Origin: Flavobacteriales bacterium
Lineage (GTDB): Bacteria > Bacteroidota > Bacteroidia > Flavobacteriales_F > PHOS-HE28
Length of the DNA stretch: 64,000 nt
Assembly: GCA_041691695.1 (NCBI GenBank)
Contig: JBEPUG010000003.1
Location: 7,445-71,444 of the forward strand
Reading direction: 5' to 3'
Made by a program: the position numbers and the translations under genes. Numbering within the stretch: the first letter of the stretch is position 1; every line of letters starts with the position of its first letter. A model generated the notes under the pieces. The model was not told the DNA's origin, did no database searches, and saw only the letters and a list, made by a program, of their open reading frames with translations. This document shows positions 37,347 through 45,594 of this stretch, piece after piece.

Positions 37347-38590
37347 TCACGGGATCACAGCCAGACCGCTCCTCAGCTCATCCGGCTCGACAAACCGCCA
37401 TAATATGCATTGCCCGGAAGGCATCAGGATGCGTTGATCACTTCTTGCATCCACTCGAACTGATCGCAGAATACGACCCTGTACATCGAACAGTTGCAAG
37501 GTCCCCGCATCGCCGCTGTTGTGAATAGAAAGTCCTTGCGCATCGCTGGTCACACGGAAGGTGGTGGCGTGCATTTCATGGATCCCGACTACGATTCCAG
37601 GCACTACAAAGACGCTGGTGTCCGATCGACCGCAATCATCCATCGCGACATACGTGACCGTGTAGTCGCCGTTGCTGGTGTAGCTGTGCGTGAATGCGCT
37701 TTCCGTGCTGGTGCTGCCATCGCCGAGGTCCCAGAAGTTGCTGGTGGTGTTCGTTGAGGTTTCGCTGAACATCACTTGACCGCCACCGATGTCGGTGAAG
37801 ACCGGCAACGCGGATGGATCGTTCACTCCGATGTTCCACGTGTCCAAGCTGTCCACCACTACGGATGACGCGACCAGTTGCAGGGTGGCGGCAGTGCTCG
37901 CATCCAAGGTGGACATGTACGTGGCCCAACAGTGGTGCGGCGGAAGAAGGTACTGTACATCGTGCAGGCCACCAAGTAGGAACCGGCAATGCTGGGATGG
38001 CTGCCATCGGCAGCATACAGGCCGATCGAGGGATACTCCTCGCGCACTCGCTTCCACGCCATGCCGGCTGGCGCACATTCGGCGCTGTTGTCCTGCGCCA
38101 TTTGCAGATAGCTCAGCCGCAGTTGCTGCTGCATGCCGGTGTAGGTGCACACTGGAGGCCAGCTGGCGCAGTTGTCCGCATCACCGTTCTCGCGGCCCCA
38201 GGTCATGTAGAACAGGGGGTCGGCGCACGGGGAATGCGCGCGGATGCTATCCACCAATGCGGTGGCGTATGGGTAGCAGTCTGACGCCACTTGGCTTGGA
38301 GGAAAGGATGGGATCTGACTTTGTTCCTGAAGCACCACCACGTCCCAGTCGCCTTGGTCGATCAAGTTTTGCGTTATCGTGTTCGTGGTGTGCCCTTGAA
38401 AGGTGACGCCGCCCGGCATCGAACTGCTCACTGCCAACGTGTCGCCAAGGGATAGCGCCAGCAGGCGGGTCATCTCCGGAAGGTTGTTCACATTGGTATA
38501 GCTATTCCCGATGAATAGGACGTTCGTGGGTTGCGCGCTGGCGCTGCTGAGACCGGTAAAAAGCAGGATACTTGCGGATAATTGCTTCAT
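37347..38590 (-). pseudogene. Exported SGNH/GDSL-like hydrolase (DUF4886-like) - PKD - T9SS sorting-domain gene, apparently split by a frameshift near 37915-37945
   Basis: Track ORF 37859-38590 encodes signal peptide + SGNH domain (MKQLSASILLFTGLSSASA|QPTNVLFIGNSYT...). Track ORF 37347-38150, in another frame, encodes PKD-like + T9SS sorting domain but has no signal peptide of its own. The two frames overlap by about 290 nt. A single-nucleotide indel would join them. Confidence 0.5.
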
Positions 38591-38667
38591 AGCGCGAAGG
38601 TAGCCGGTAGGTCGGGGCTATCGGTCAAGCAACTCATTGCCAGAGCCCGGGGAAAGGGAGTTTCTTT

Positions 38668-38713
38668 GCGTCCTCCCGAGAAGATCGGGATGAAACATTA
38701 GCGTCTTGGCGGT
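38668..38713. repeat. Right copy of the perfect 46-bp inverted repeat
   Basis: GCGTCCTCCCGAGAAGATCGGGATGAAACATTAGCGTCTTGGCGGT. Ends 13 nt before the ndpA-like start. Confidence 0.85.
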
Positions 38714-38725
38714 AAAACAATCGAC

Positions 38726-39736
38726 ATGGTCAACGGCAAGGAAGCATTCACAGAAGAGTTCGTGTTGCACCGCATCGGTGCGGCGGGCGAGGCCAGCATA
38801 TTCAGCGATTTCAGCGCGGTGATCAAAGGTGAGGAGGAGCAGCAGTTCCTGCGGAAGCTTTTCCTGAGGCCGTTCGCGAACATGGCCTTCACCTGTGAAT
38901 TCGATTCGAAGCAAAATGCCTTGCAGGAGCTGTGCACCAAGATCTACGACGGCGAAAGCATCGTAGAGAATTCAGAGGCCATCGCCAAGCTCCTCATTGC
39001 CTCGACGCAGGACAGCAAGATGCCGGGCGGTGATCTCATCGTGGCGAAGTTCAGCGGTGTGCAGATCGGCAGCGCGGAGCATGAGGCCGTGGGCATCTTC
39101 AAGTTCGATGAGAAGGAAGTTTTCCTGGAGAGCAAGCTGAAGAACTATGCCATCGCATTGCGCATGCAGCGCGGGCTGGGCAACAACAAACCGAACAAGG
39201 CCTGCCTGGTCGTCTTCACCGGAAAGAGCAGCACGCTCTTCATCATCGACAACCAAGCGAGCACGGAATACTGGCAGCAGGACTTCATCGGATCACGCGC
39301 GAAGAAGGACAACGTGAACAGCACCAGCGACCTGATGAGCGTCACCAAGACCTTCATCACCGAGCAACTTCCGCAGGACTTCGTGGTGGAGAAGGCCGAC
39401 CAGATCGATCTGCTGAACCGCTCGGTCCAGTACTTCAAGAGCCACGACGAATTCGACAAGGAGGAGTTCGCCACCGAGGTCTTTCAGCAGGAGGGCACGA
39501 TCCAGTCGTTCAACCAGTACAGCGACCGCTTCCAGCAAGAGAACGACGTGAAGCTGCAGGACAACTTCGAGATCTCCGCCCATGCGGTGAAGCGCCAGGC
39601 GCGCGTCTTCAAGAGCGTACTGAAGCTGGATAAGAACTTTCACATCTACATCCACGGCGACCGCAACAAGATCGAGCACGGCGTGGACGAGAACGGAAGG
39701 AAGTTCTACAAGATCTTCTACGAGGAGGAGTCGTAG
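38726..39736 (+). CDS. Probable nucleoid-associated protein (NdpA/YejK-like)
   Basis: 336 aa, cytoplasmic. Length and C-terminal motif ...FHIYIHGDRNKIEHGVDENGRKFYKIFYEE resemble PF04245-type nucleoid-associated proteins. Assigned from memory only. Confidence 0.45.
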   Translation: MVNGKEAFTEEFVLHRIGAAGEASIFSDFSAVIKGEEEQQFLRKLFLRPFANMAFTCEFDSKQNALQELCTKIYDGESIVENSEAIAKLLIASTQDSKMPGGDLIVAKFSGVQIGSAEHEAVGIFKFDEKEVFLESKLKNYAIALRMQRGLGNNKPNKACLVVFTGKSSTLFIIDNQASTEYWQQDFIGSRAKKDNVNSTSDLMSVTKTFITEQLPQDFVVEKADQIDLLNRSVQYFKSHDEFDKEEFATEVFQQEGTIQSFNQYSDRFQQENDVKLQDNFEISAHAVKRQARVFKSVLKLDKNFHIYIHGDRNKIEHGVDENGRKFYKIFYEEES

Positions 39737-39739
39737 GTC

Positions 39740-39815
39740 CAGTGGCAGTTGGCAGGGGCAGATGGCAGCGGTCGTCAGTGGCTAATCACCAATCACCGGC
39801 AACCATTCACCAACA
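39740..39815. repeat. Mosaic intergenic repeat, family 2 (copy B: CAGTGGCAGTTGGCAGGGGCAGATGGCAG...AATCACCAATCACCGGCAACCATTCACCAACAC)
   Basis: Tandem TGGCAG-type and TCACC-type words shared with copies A, C and D. Confidence 0.6.
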
Positions 39816-39832
39816 CGCGCTTGCGGCGCCGC

Positions 39833-40831
39833 TTACCCTCCAATACTCACCATAGGCCGTGTACTCAGGTCGTGCAGCACCTCTTCCTGCTTGTCGGGAT
39901 TGAAGGGCGGCAATCCACCGAGCATCTTGTGCTTCGCGAGAACATTCGCTTCGATCAAGGGTGAGACATCCTCGCCGCGTCGTAGTGCGGAGAGCAGGTC
40001 GGTCTCCTCGCGGGCGAAGAGGCAGTTGCGCATCTTGCCTTCGGCCGTTAGTCGTAAGCGATCACAGTTTCCGCAGAAGGGTTCGGTCACGGTGCTGATC
40101 ACCGCGAAGGTGCCTTGCCAACCTTTTACTCGGTAGGACTTGGCGGTGCTGTGCGGATCATCGTCGAGCTTCTCGATAGCATGCATACTGCCGATGCGAC
40201 CGAGCATTTCGCCATAGGTGTACACGCGGTCACGGCCCCACTTGTTGCCAGCGAAGGGCATGAACTCGATGAAGCGGACATGCACTGTGCGGTCGCGCGT
40301 GAGCTCCACAAAACGGAGCAGCTCATCGTCATTCACGCCGCGCATCACCACCATGTTCAACTTCACATGTAGGCCGCGATCGATCGCTTGTTCGATGTTC
40401 GCCAGCACGCGACCGTGGCCTTCCCGACGAGAGAGTTGCTTAAACCGTTCCGCATAGAAGGTGTCCAGGCTGATGTTGAGGCTCTTCAATCCTGCGGTGA
40501 CCAGGTCGTCCAGAAAGAGATGCAGCCGCATTGCATTGGTCGTGAGGCCCAGCTTTACGGGGAGCTGCGCCATGTCGCGCACGATGTCCACCACGTCCGG
40601 ACGCATCAGCGGTTCGCCACCGGTGAGGCGGATCTTGGTGATGCCATATTTCTCAACGAAGAGCTTGGCCAGTGTGCCGATCTCCTCGCGCGTCATCAGT
40701 TCCTCGCGCTTGAGGAAGTGCTGATCCTCCGGCATGCAGTACGTGCAGCGCAGGTCGCACTTGTCCACGATGCTGATGCGCAGGCTGCGGTGGGTGCGGG
40801 AATGCAGGTCGGTGAGCAGGGCCATATCCAT
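39833..40831 (-). CDS. moaA: GTP 3',8-cyclase (radical SAM)
   Basis: ...SLRISIVDKCDLRCTYCMP carries the CxxxCxxC radical-SAM motif plus the C-terminal second cluster. The 462-aa track ORF is trimmed to MDMALLTDL...; the MSSAIAL start 33 nt upstream is also possible. Confidence 0.85.
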   Translation of the reverse strand: MDMALLTDLHSRTHRSLRISIVDKCDLRCTYCMPEDQHFLKREELMTREEIGTLAKLFVEKYGITKIRLTGGEPLMRPDVVDIVRDMAQLPVKLGLTTNAMRLHLFLDDLVTAGLKSLNISLDTFYAERFKQLSRREGHGRVLANIEQAIDRGLHVKLNMVVMRGVNDDELLRFVELTRDRTVHVRFIEFMPFAGNKWGRDRVYTYGEMLGRIGSMHAIEKLDDDPHSTAKSYRVKGWQGTFAVISTVTEPFCGNCDRLRLTAEGKMRNCLFAREETDLLSALRRGEDVSPLIEANVLAKHKMLGGLPPFNPDKQEEVLHDLSTRPMVSIGG

Positions 40832-40912
40832 CGCAAAGGTACCAAGGGCTATTGCGGATGACATGAACGATCTGCGGATGCTAGGCGTTGATGGACGAAC
40901 GATCACGATCCA

Positions 40913-41455
40913 ATGAAGACATCCTTCCTGCTGAGCGCCGCGCTGCTGGCCATTTCCTTGGGCCTGTCCGGCTGTATCAGCATTCCTGATAATGCGAAGG
41001 CCGTCAAGCCATTCGATGCGAACCGCTATGTCGGCAAGTGGTACGAGATAGCCCGCTTCGACTACAGCTTCGAGAAGAACTTGGAGAACGTGACCGCTGA
41101 ATATGGTGTGCGACCGGACGGAACATTGTCGGTGTTGAACCGCGGCTATTACGTGAAGAAGGGGAAGTGGCAGAAGGCCGAAGGCAAGGCTAAGTTCGTC
41201 GGTGCCAAGGACGAAGGCCAATTGAAGGTCTCCTTCTTCGGGCCGTTCTATGCGGGCTATAACGTGATCGCGTTGGACCCGGATTATCGCTACGCCTTGG
41301 TGATCGGCAAAAGCACGGACTACCTGTGGCTGCTATCCCGCGAGACCACGATGCCCCAGGAGATCAAGGACAAGTATGTGGCACAAGCCAAAGCCTTGGG
41401 CTGTAAGACGGACGCGCTGGTGTGGGTCGACCAGAAGCCGCGGCCGGAGAAATGA
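40913..41455 (+). CDS. blc: Bacterial lipocalin (outer-membrane lipoprotein Blc)
   Basis: Lipoprotein signal ...LSGC. The lipocalin SCR1 motif NRYVGKWYEIAR is present. Confidence 0.85.
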   Translation: MKTSFLLSAALLAISLGLSGCISIPDNAKAVKPFDANRYVGKWYEIARFDYSFEKNLENVTAEYGVRPDGTLSVLNRGYYVKKGKWQKAEGKAKFVGAKDEGQLKVSFFGPFYAGYNVIALDPDYRYALVIGKSTDYLWLLSRETTMPQEIKDKYVAQAKALGCKTDALVWVDQKPRPEK

Positions 41456-41484
41456 GCGATCCGATGGGCGTCTAACTTTCGCCC

Positions 41485-41991
41485 ATGGTGTGCATCACGG
41501 AGGTAACGAATGCGGAAGACCTGGTGAAGGCCCAGGTCCTGTTGCGTGCATTCCCGCCGCATCAGCGTCAACACTATGTCGAGCATCTCGATACTGTAAT
41601 TCGCTATTTCGATCTGCCCGCATACGAGAAGGAAGTGTCCGATCTGCATGCGTATTACCCGCCTCCGCGCGGCTTCGTATTGCTTGCCAGTGATGAAGGA
41701 GAGGCCGCGGGTGTGGTCTGCTTGCGCCCGATGGATGCGGAGACCTGTGAGATGAAGCGGCTCTTCGTTCCGATCGCGCATCGGCGCAAGGGGATCGCGC
41801 AGGCGCTGTGTACCACGCTCATCGCTACCGCGCGCCAGAAGGGCTACACGACCATGCGGCTCGATACGGGCGCCTTCATGACGGAGCCGCAAGCGCTCTA
41901 CCGCAAACTCGGATTCAACTTCATCCCGGTCCCCGAGTCAGTCCGCGAGGATCTGCGCGGTCATCTGGTGTTCATGCAACTGCATTTATGA
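41485..41991 (+). CDS. GNAT-family N-acetyltransferase
   Basis: 168 aa. Acetyl-CoA motif A is RRKGIAQAL. Confidence 0.8.
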   Translation: MVCITEVTNAEDLVKAQVLLRAFPPHQRQHYVEHLDTVIRYFDLPAYEKEVSDLHAYYPPPRGFVLLASDEGEAAGVVCLRPMDAETCEMKRLFVPIAHRRKGIAQALCTTLIATARQKGYTTMRLDTGAFMTEPQALYRKLGFNFIPVPESVREDLRGHLVFMQLHL

Positions 41992-42551
41992 AGAAGGAAT
42001 TGGAACGCTGCTCGTGGTGCATGAAGGACGCCATCTACATGCGCTACCACGATGAGGTGTGGGGCGTGCCGGAGCACGACGACCGCAAGCTTTTCGCGAA
42101 GCTGATCCTCGATGGCGCGCAGGCCGGATTGAGCTGGTACACCATCCTGATCCGCACGGAGAGCTATGCGAAGGCCTACGACAATTGGGACGCGAAGAAG
42201 ATCGCGCGCTACGACGAGAAGGACATCGAGCGGTTGATGAATGACGCGGGCATCATCCGCAATCGCTCGAAGATCATGGCGTCCATCGGTAACGCGCAGG
42301 CCTACTTGAAGATCATGGAGGATGGCCCTGGTTCCTTCGACCGTTTCCTTTGGAAGCATGTCGGCGGCAAGACCATCGTGAATCAGCGGAAGGGGCAGTT
42401 GCCCACTTCCACGCCGGAGAGCGATGCGATGAGCAAGGACCTGAAGAAGAACGGCTTCAAGTTCGTTGGCACCACCATCGTCTATGCCTTCATGCAGGCC
42501 TGCGGCATGGTGGATGACCACATGGAGACGTGCTGGAGGAGGAAAGGTTGA
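41988..42551 (+). CDS. tag: DNA-3-methyladenine glycosylase I
   Basis: MKKELERCSWCMKDAIYMRYHDEVWGVPEHDD... (Zn site C-x3-C...H) is diagnostic of Tag. The track ORF is trimmed; its start overlaps the GNAT stop by 4 nt (ATGA). Confidence 0.85.
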   Translation: MKKELERCSWCMKDAIYMRYHDEVWGVPEHDDRKLFAKLILDGAQAGLSWYTILIRTESYAKAYDNWDAKKIARYDEKDIERLMNDAGIIRNRSKIMASIGNAQAYLKIMEDGPGSFDRFLWKHVGGKTIVNQRKGQLPTSTPESDAMSKDLKKNGFKFVGTTIVYAFMQACGMVDDHMETCWRRKG

Positions 42552-42556
42552 AACAC

Positions 42557-43426
42557 ATGCGCACACCGGTATCGTCCATACACATCACTCGGGTCGAACA
42601 TGGCGCGTCCGTCGCAACCGATGACATCCTCGTCACCGAAGAGCCGCTGGAGATCCGACTTGGCCGCGGACCGGAAGAGGACCGGAAGGAAGTACGTCTC
42701 AGCGTCACCATGCGCACGCCGGGGAACGACGAGGAATTGGCACTCGGATTTCTGTTCTCCGAAGGCATCATCTCGGGTCTCACACAGGTCCTGCGCGTGG
42801 CCTATTGCGAAGACGTGAAGGAGGAGGAGCGCGGCAACGTGGTGCGCGTGGAATTGCATCCGTCCATGGAGCTTGATCCAGCTAAGTGGCAACGGAACTT
42901 CTACACCAGCAGCAGTTGCGGCGTCTGCGGAAAGACGAGCATCGACGCGGTGCGCACGCAGTGCAGTACAACGCTCACGCCTTTCGGACCCATTGATCCC
43001 AAGGTGACCACCGCACTACCGGACCGCATGCGCGAAGCACAGATCGTCTTCAAACACACCGGCGGCATCCATGCGGCGGCGCTCTTCGACCGCGATGGAA
43101 ATCTCCTTATCCTGCGCGAAGATGTAGGCCGCCACAACGCTGTGGACAAGGTGATCGGAGCGCTGCTCGCATCCCGGCGCACGACCTTGGAAAGTCCGCC
43201 CGGACAACTGACAACTAACAACTATCAACTGCTCGTCAGTGGCCGCGCGGGCTTCGAACTCGTCCAGAAGTGTATCATGGCCGGCATCCCCTTGATGGCC
43301 GCGGTTGGAGCACCATCATCGCTTGCTGTGCAACTCGCCAAGGAAGCCGGGCTCACGTTGATCGGTTTCCTGCGTGGCGAGCGCTTCAACATCTATGCGG
43401 AACCAGCGGTGACGGGGCAACGATGA
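42557..43426 (+). CDS. fdhD: Formate dehydrogenase accessory sulfurtransferase
   Basis: FdhD fold with the conserved motif SSCGVCG. Carries an internal heptamer-repeat tract (43201-43235). Confidence 0.85.
   Translation: MRTPVSSIHITRVEHGASVATDDILVTEEPLEIRLGRGPEEDRKEVRLSVTMRTPGNDEELALGFLFSEGIISGLTQVLRVAYCEDVKEEERGNVVRVELHPSMELDPAKWQRNFYTSSSCGVCGKTSIDAVRTQCSTTLTPFGPIDPKVTTALPDRMREAQIVFKHTGGIHAAALFDRDGNLLILREDVGRHNAVDKVIGALLASRRTTLESPPGQLTTNNYQLLVSGRAGFELVQKCIMAGIPLMAAVGAPSSLAVQLAKEAGLTLIGFLRGERFNIYAEPAVTGQR
43201..43235. repeat. Degenerate tandem heptamer tract inside fdhD: CGGACAA CTGACAA CTAACAA CTATCAA CTGCTCG
   Basis: Same C-N-GACAA unit as in moaE. Encodes ...PGQLTTNNYQLL.... Confidence 0.65.
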
Positions 43427-43497
43427 CCTGACGATCGTCAGCCAGCACCGTATCCGGTGCCGGTACCTTGCGGTCCAAATCGAAGGCCAAGTTGAAT

Positions 43498-43929
43498 ATG
43501 GATAGCAGTCTACCGGTCGGTCCCGACGAAAAGCAACGCGAGAAGGGCGATATCCGCACGATAGAGGATGTGCAACTCTTGGTGGACACCTTTTACGGTC
43601 GCGCCCGCTTGGACGAGTTGATCGGCCCCATCTTCAACGACACCATCCAGGATCGCTGGCCCGAGCATCTGGCCAAGCTCTACCGCTTCTGGCAGACCAT
43701 CCTGCTGGGCGAACACACCTACTACGGCAGCCCCTTCATGCCGCACTCCCAACTCCCGGTGGACAAAAGCCATTTCGATCGCTGGCTGCAACTCTTCCAT
43801 GCGACGCTGGAGGAACTCTTCACCGGGCCAAAGGCCGATGAGGCGAAGCAGCGTTCGGTGCTGATGGCACAGATGTTCCAATTCAAACTGGCCGAGTACG
43901 CCCGCACCGGCATCACGCCCATCCGGTGA
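43498..43929 (+). CDS. Group III truncated haemoglobin
   Basis: ...DIRTIEDVQLLVDTFYGR...WPEHLAKLYRFWQTILLGEHTYYGSPFMPH...HFDRWLQLF matches the trHb III pattern. Confidence 0.65.
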   Translation: MDSSLPVGPDEKQREKGDIRTIEDVQLLVDTFYGRARLDELIGPIFNDTIQDRWPEHLAKLYRFWQTILLGEHTYYGSPFMPHSQLPVDKSHFDRWLQLFHATLEELFTGPKADEAKQRSVLMAQMFQFKLAEYARTGITPIR

Positions 43930-44378
43930 TGGCCTTTGTGAAGCATCCGGTCACATTGGTCGCGGTGTTCACATGGCTGGGCCTCGTTGTGGGCATCGCC
44001 TTCATCGCATCGTGGTTGAAGTACAACGCATTCGGTGTTTCGCTTCCCGTGGGATTGAGCCTCGATAAGGTGATGTTCCAAGCCATGGTACGGGTGGAAT
44101 GGGTCTTCGCTTGCGCGGTGGTGGCGGATCTCATACTGGGCAAGGCCCCGGTCATTATGCTCGTTGTCGCCTTCATTCTTGTCGCGCTGCTTGCCCTTCA
44201 AACGATCTGGCTGCAACCGGCCCTCTACACGGATTCCCTGTCGGTGTTCCATGGCCAAGGCGATCCAGGTGCCGGCCTGCGCACGATGAATACTATCCTG
44301 GAAGTGTTGAAGGTCTCGCTGCTTGCCGTGCTCGGCATCATCCAGTTCCAACACATATCAACCCGCGCCGGGGTATAG
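43926..44378 (+). CDS. Hypothetical 4-TM membrane protein
   Basis: 150 aa and hydrophobic. Its start overlaps the trHb stop. Confidence 0.5.
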   Translation: MMAFVKHPVTLVAVFTWLGLVVGIAFIASWLKYNAFGVSLPVGLSLDKVMFQAMVRVEWVFACAVVADLILGKAPVIMLVVAFILVALLALQTIWLQPALYTDSLSVFHGQGDPGAGLRTMNTILEVLKVSLLAVLGIIQFQHISTRAGV

Positions 44379-44404
44379 GCGATCAACAACCAAACAACAC
44401 GATC

Positions 44405-45139
44405 ATGAAGATCACACCCGAACGGACCGTGGGGTCCATCGTCGCCGAGGACTATCGCGCGGCGGCCGTGCTCACCAAGTACGGCATTGATTTCTGCTGC
44501 AAAGGAGGCCGCTCCGTGCAGGAGGTCTGCGAGAAGAACAGCATCGACCAAGGAAAGTTGGCCGAGGACATCACCAAACTCCTGGCCCGCGATGCCAAGA
44601 GCGGTGATGACGCCCGCACCTGGCCCTTGGACCGACTGGCGGACCATGTGGAGACCGTGCATCACCGCTATGTGGAGGAGCGCGGACCGATCATCCAACA
44701 GTACTTGGCCAAGTTGTGCAAGGTGCATGGCGAGCGCCATCCGGAACTGTTCACTATCGCAGAGGAATTCAACACCTGTGTGGGTGCCATGGCCATGCAC
44801 ATGAAGAAGGAGGAGCTGATGCTATTCCCCTTCGTGCGCAACCTTGCAAAGAGCGAACGTAGCGGCGAGCCGTTCAAGAAGCCGCATTTCGGAACGGTGG
44901 AAAACCCGGTGCATGCAATGATGGCGGACCACAATGACGAGGGCGAACGCTTCGATCGCATGAACGCGGTGAGCGACCATTTCACCAGGCCGGCCGATGG
45001 ATGCGCCACTTACGCTACGGCGTTCTCCATGCTGAAGGAATTCGAGGATGACCTTCACCTGCACATCCACTTGGAGAACAACATCATGTTTCCCCGCGCT
45101 ATAGCGCTGGAGAAGCAATTGGAGAATCTCGCCGGTTGA
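44405..45139 (+). CDS. ytfE: Iron-sulfur cluster repair di-iron protein (RIC/YtfE/ScdA family)
   Basis: The 346-aa track ORF is trimmed to MKITPERTVGSIVAEDYRAAAVLTKYGIDFCCKGG.... This is the RIC N-terminal ScdA motif, followed by hemerythrin-like H...E repeats. Confidence 0.85.
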   Translation: MKITPERTVGSIVAEDYRAAAVLTKYGIDFCCKGGRSVQEVCEKNSIDQGKLAEDITKLLARDAKSGDDARTWPLDRLADHVETVHHRYVEERGPIIQQYLAKLCKVHGERHPELFTIAEEFNTCVGAMAMHMKKEELMLFPFVRNLAKSERSGEPFKKPHFGTVENPVHAMMADHNDEGERFDRMNAVSDHFTRPADGCATYATAFSMLKEFEDDLHLHIHLENNIMFPRAIALEKQLENLAG

Positions 45140-45227
45140 GCGACTTGCAGAATTAAAAGGGATCAGCCGCGAGCACCACGAGGGGCTCCTGCTATGCTGG
45201 AAGATCAGGGCGGGCACTGCGAAAGGT

Positions 45228-45593
45228 GTGGCACCCGCCCGCATCCGGAACTATTGCAAGCGCTTCCTTCGGGAACGGCTGAAGCCTCATTTCACCATCG
45301 AAGAGACCGTGCTTTTCCCGGTACTCGGCATGGATCATCCCGGGGTACGGAAGGCCATGGCAGAGCATCGGCGGCTGCAGCGCTTGATCAATGGCCGCAC
45401 CGATGCCATGTTGGCGATCTCCATGATCGAGGAGGAATTGGAGGCGCATATCCGCTTCGAGGAGCGGCAGCTGTTCAACCTCATCCAAGATGTGGCCACG
45501 CCTGAAGAGTTGAAGGAGATCGAGAAAGCCCATGCGAGCCTCCATCATCCTGCACCCAGCGCAGGAAAGCCCGAGGACGCTTTTTGGGAATAG
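45228..45593 (+). CDS. Hemerythrin (HHE cation-binding) domain protein
   Basis: The track ORF starts at the GTG at 45228. The same frame stays open back to about 45141 and there encodes the expected family N-terminus ELKGISREHHEGLLLCWKIRAG. No ATG/GTG/TTG start codon lies in that open-frame extension. Confidence 0.55.
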   Translation: MAPARIRNYCKRFLRERLKPHFTIEETVLFPVLGMDHPGVRKAMAEHRRLQRLINGRTDAMLAISMIEEELEAHIRFEERQLFNLIQDVATPEELKEIEKAHASLHHPAPSAGKPEDAFWE

Positions 45594-45594
45594 A

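Noticed and set aside
37271-38713. Reading the 46-bp inverted-repeat pair as a classical invertible promoter (Bacteroides fim/PSA-like switch)
   Set aside because: Not fully rejected, but considered unlikely. The segment is 1.35 kb and contains a whole ORF rather than a promoter, and no site-specific recombinase gene lies within 20 kb. It is kept as one of three hypotheses in the findings.
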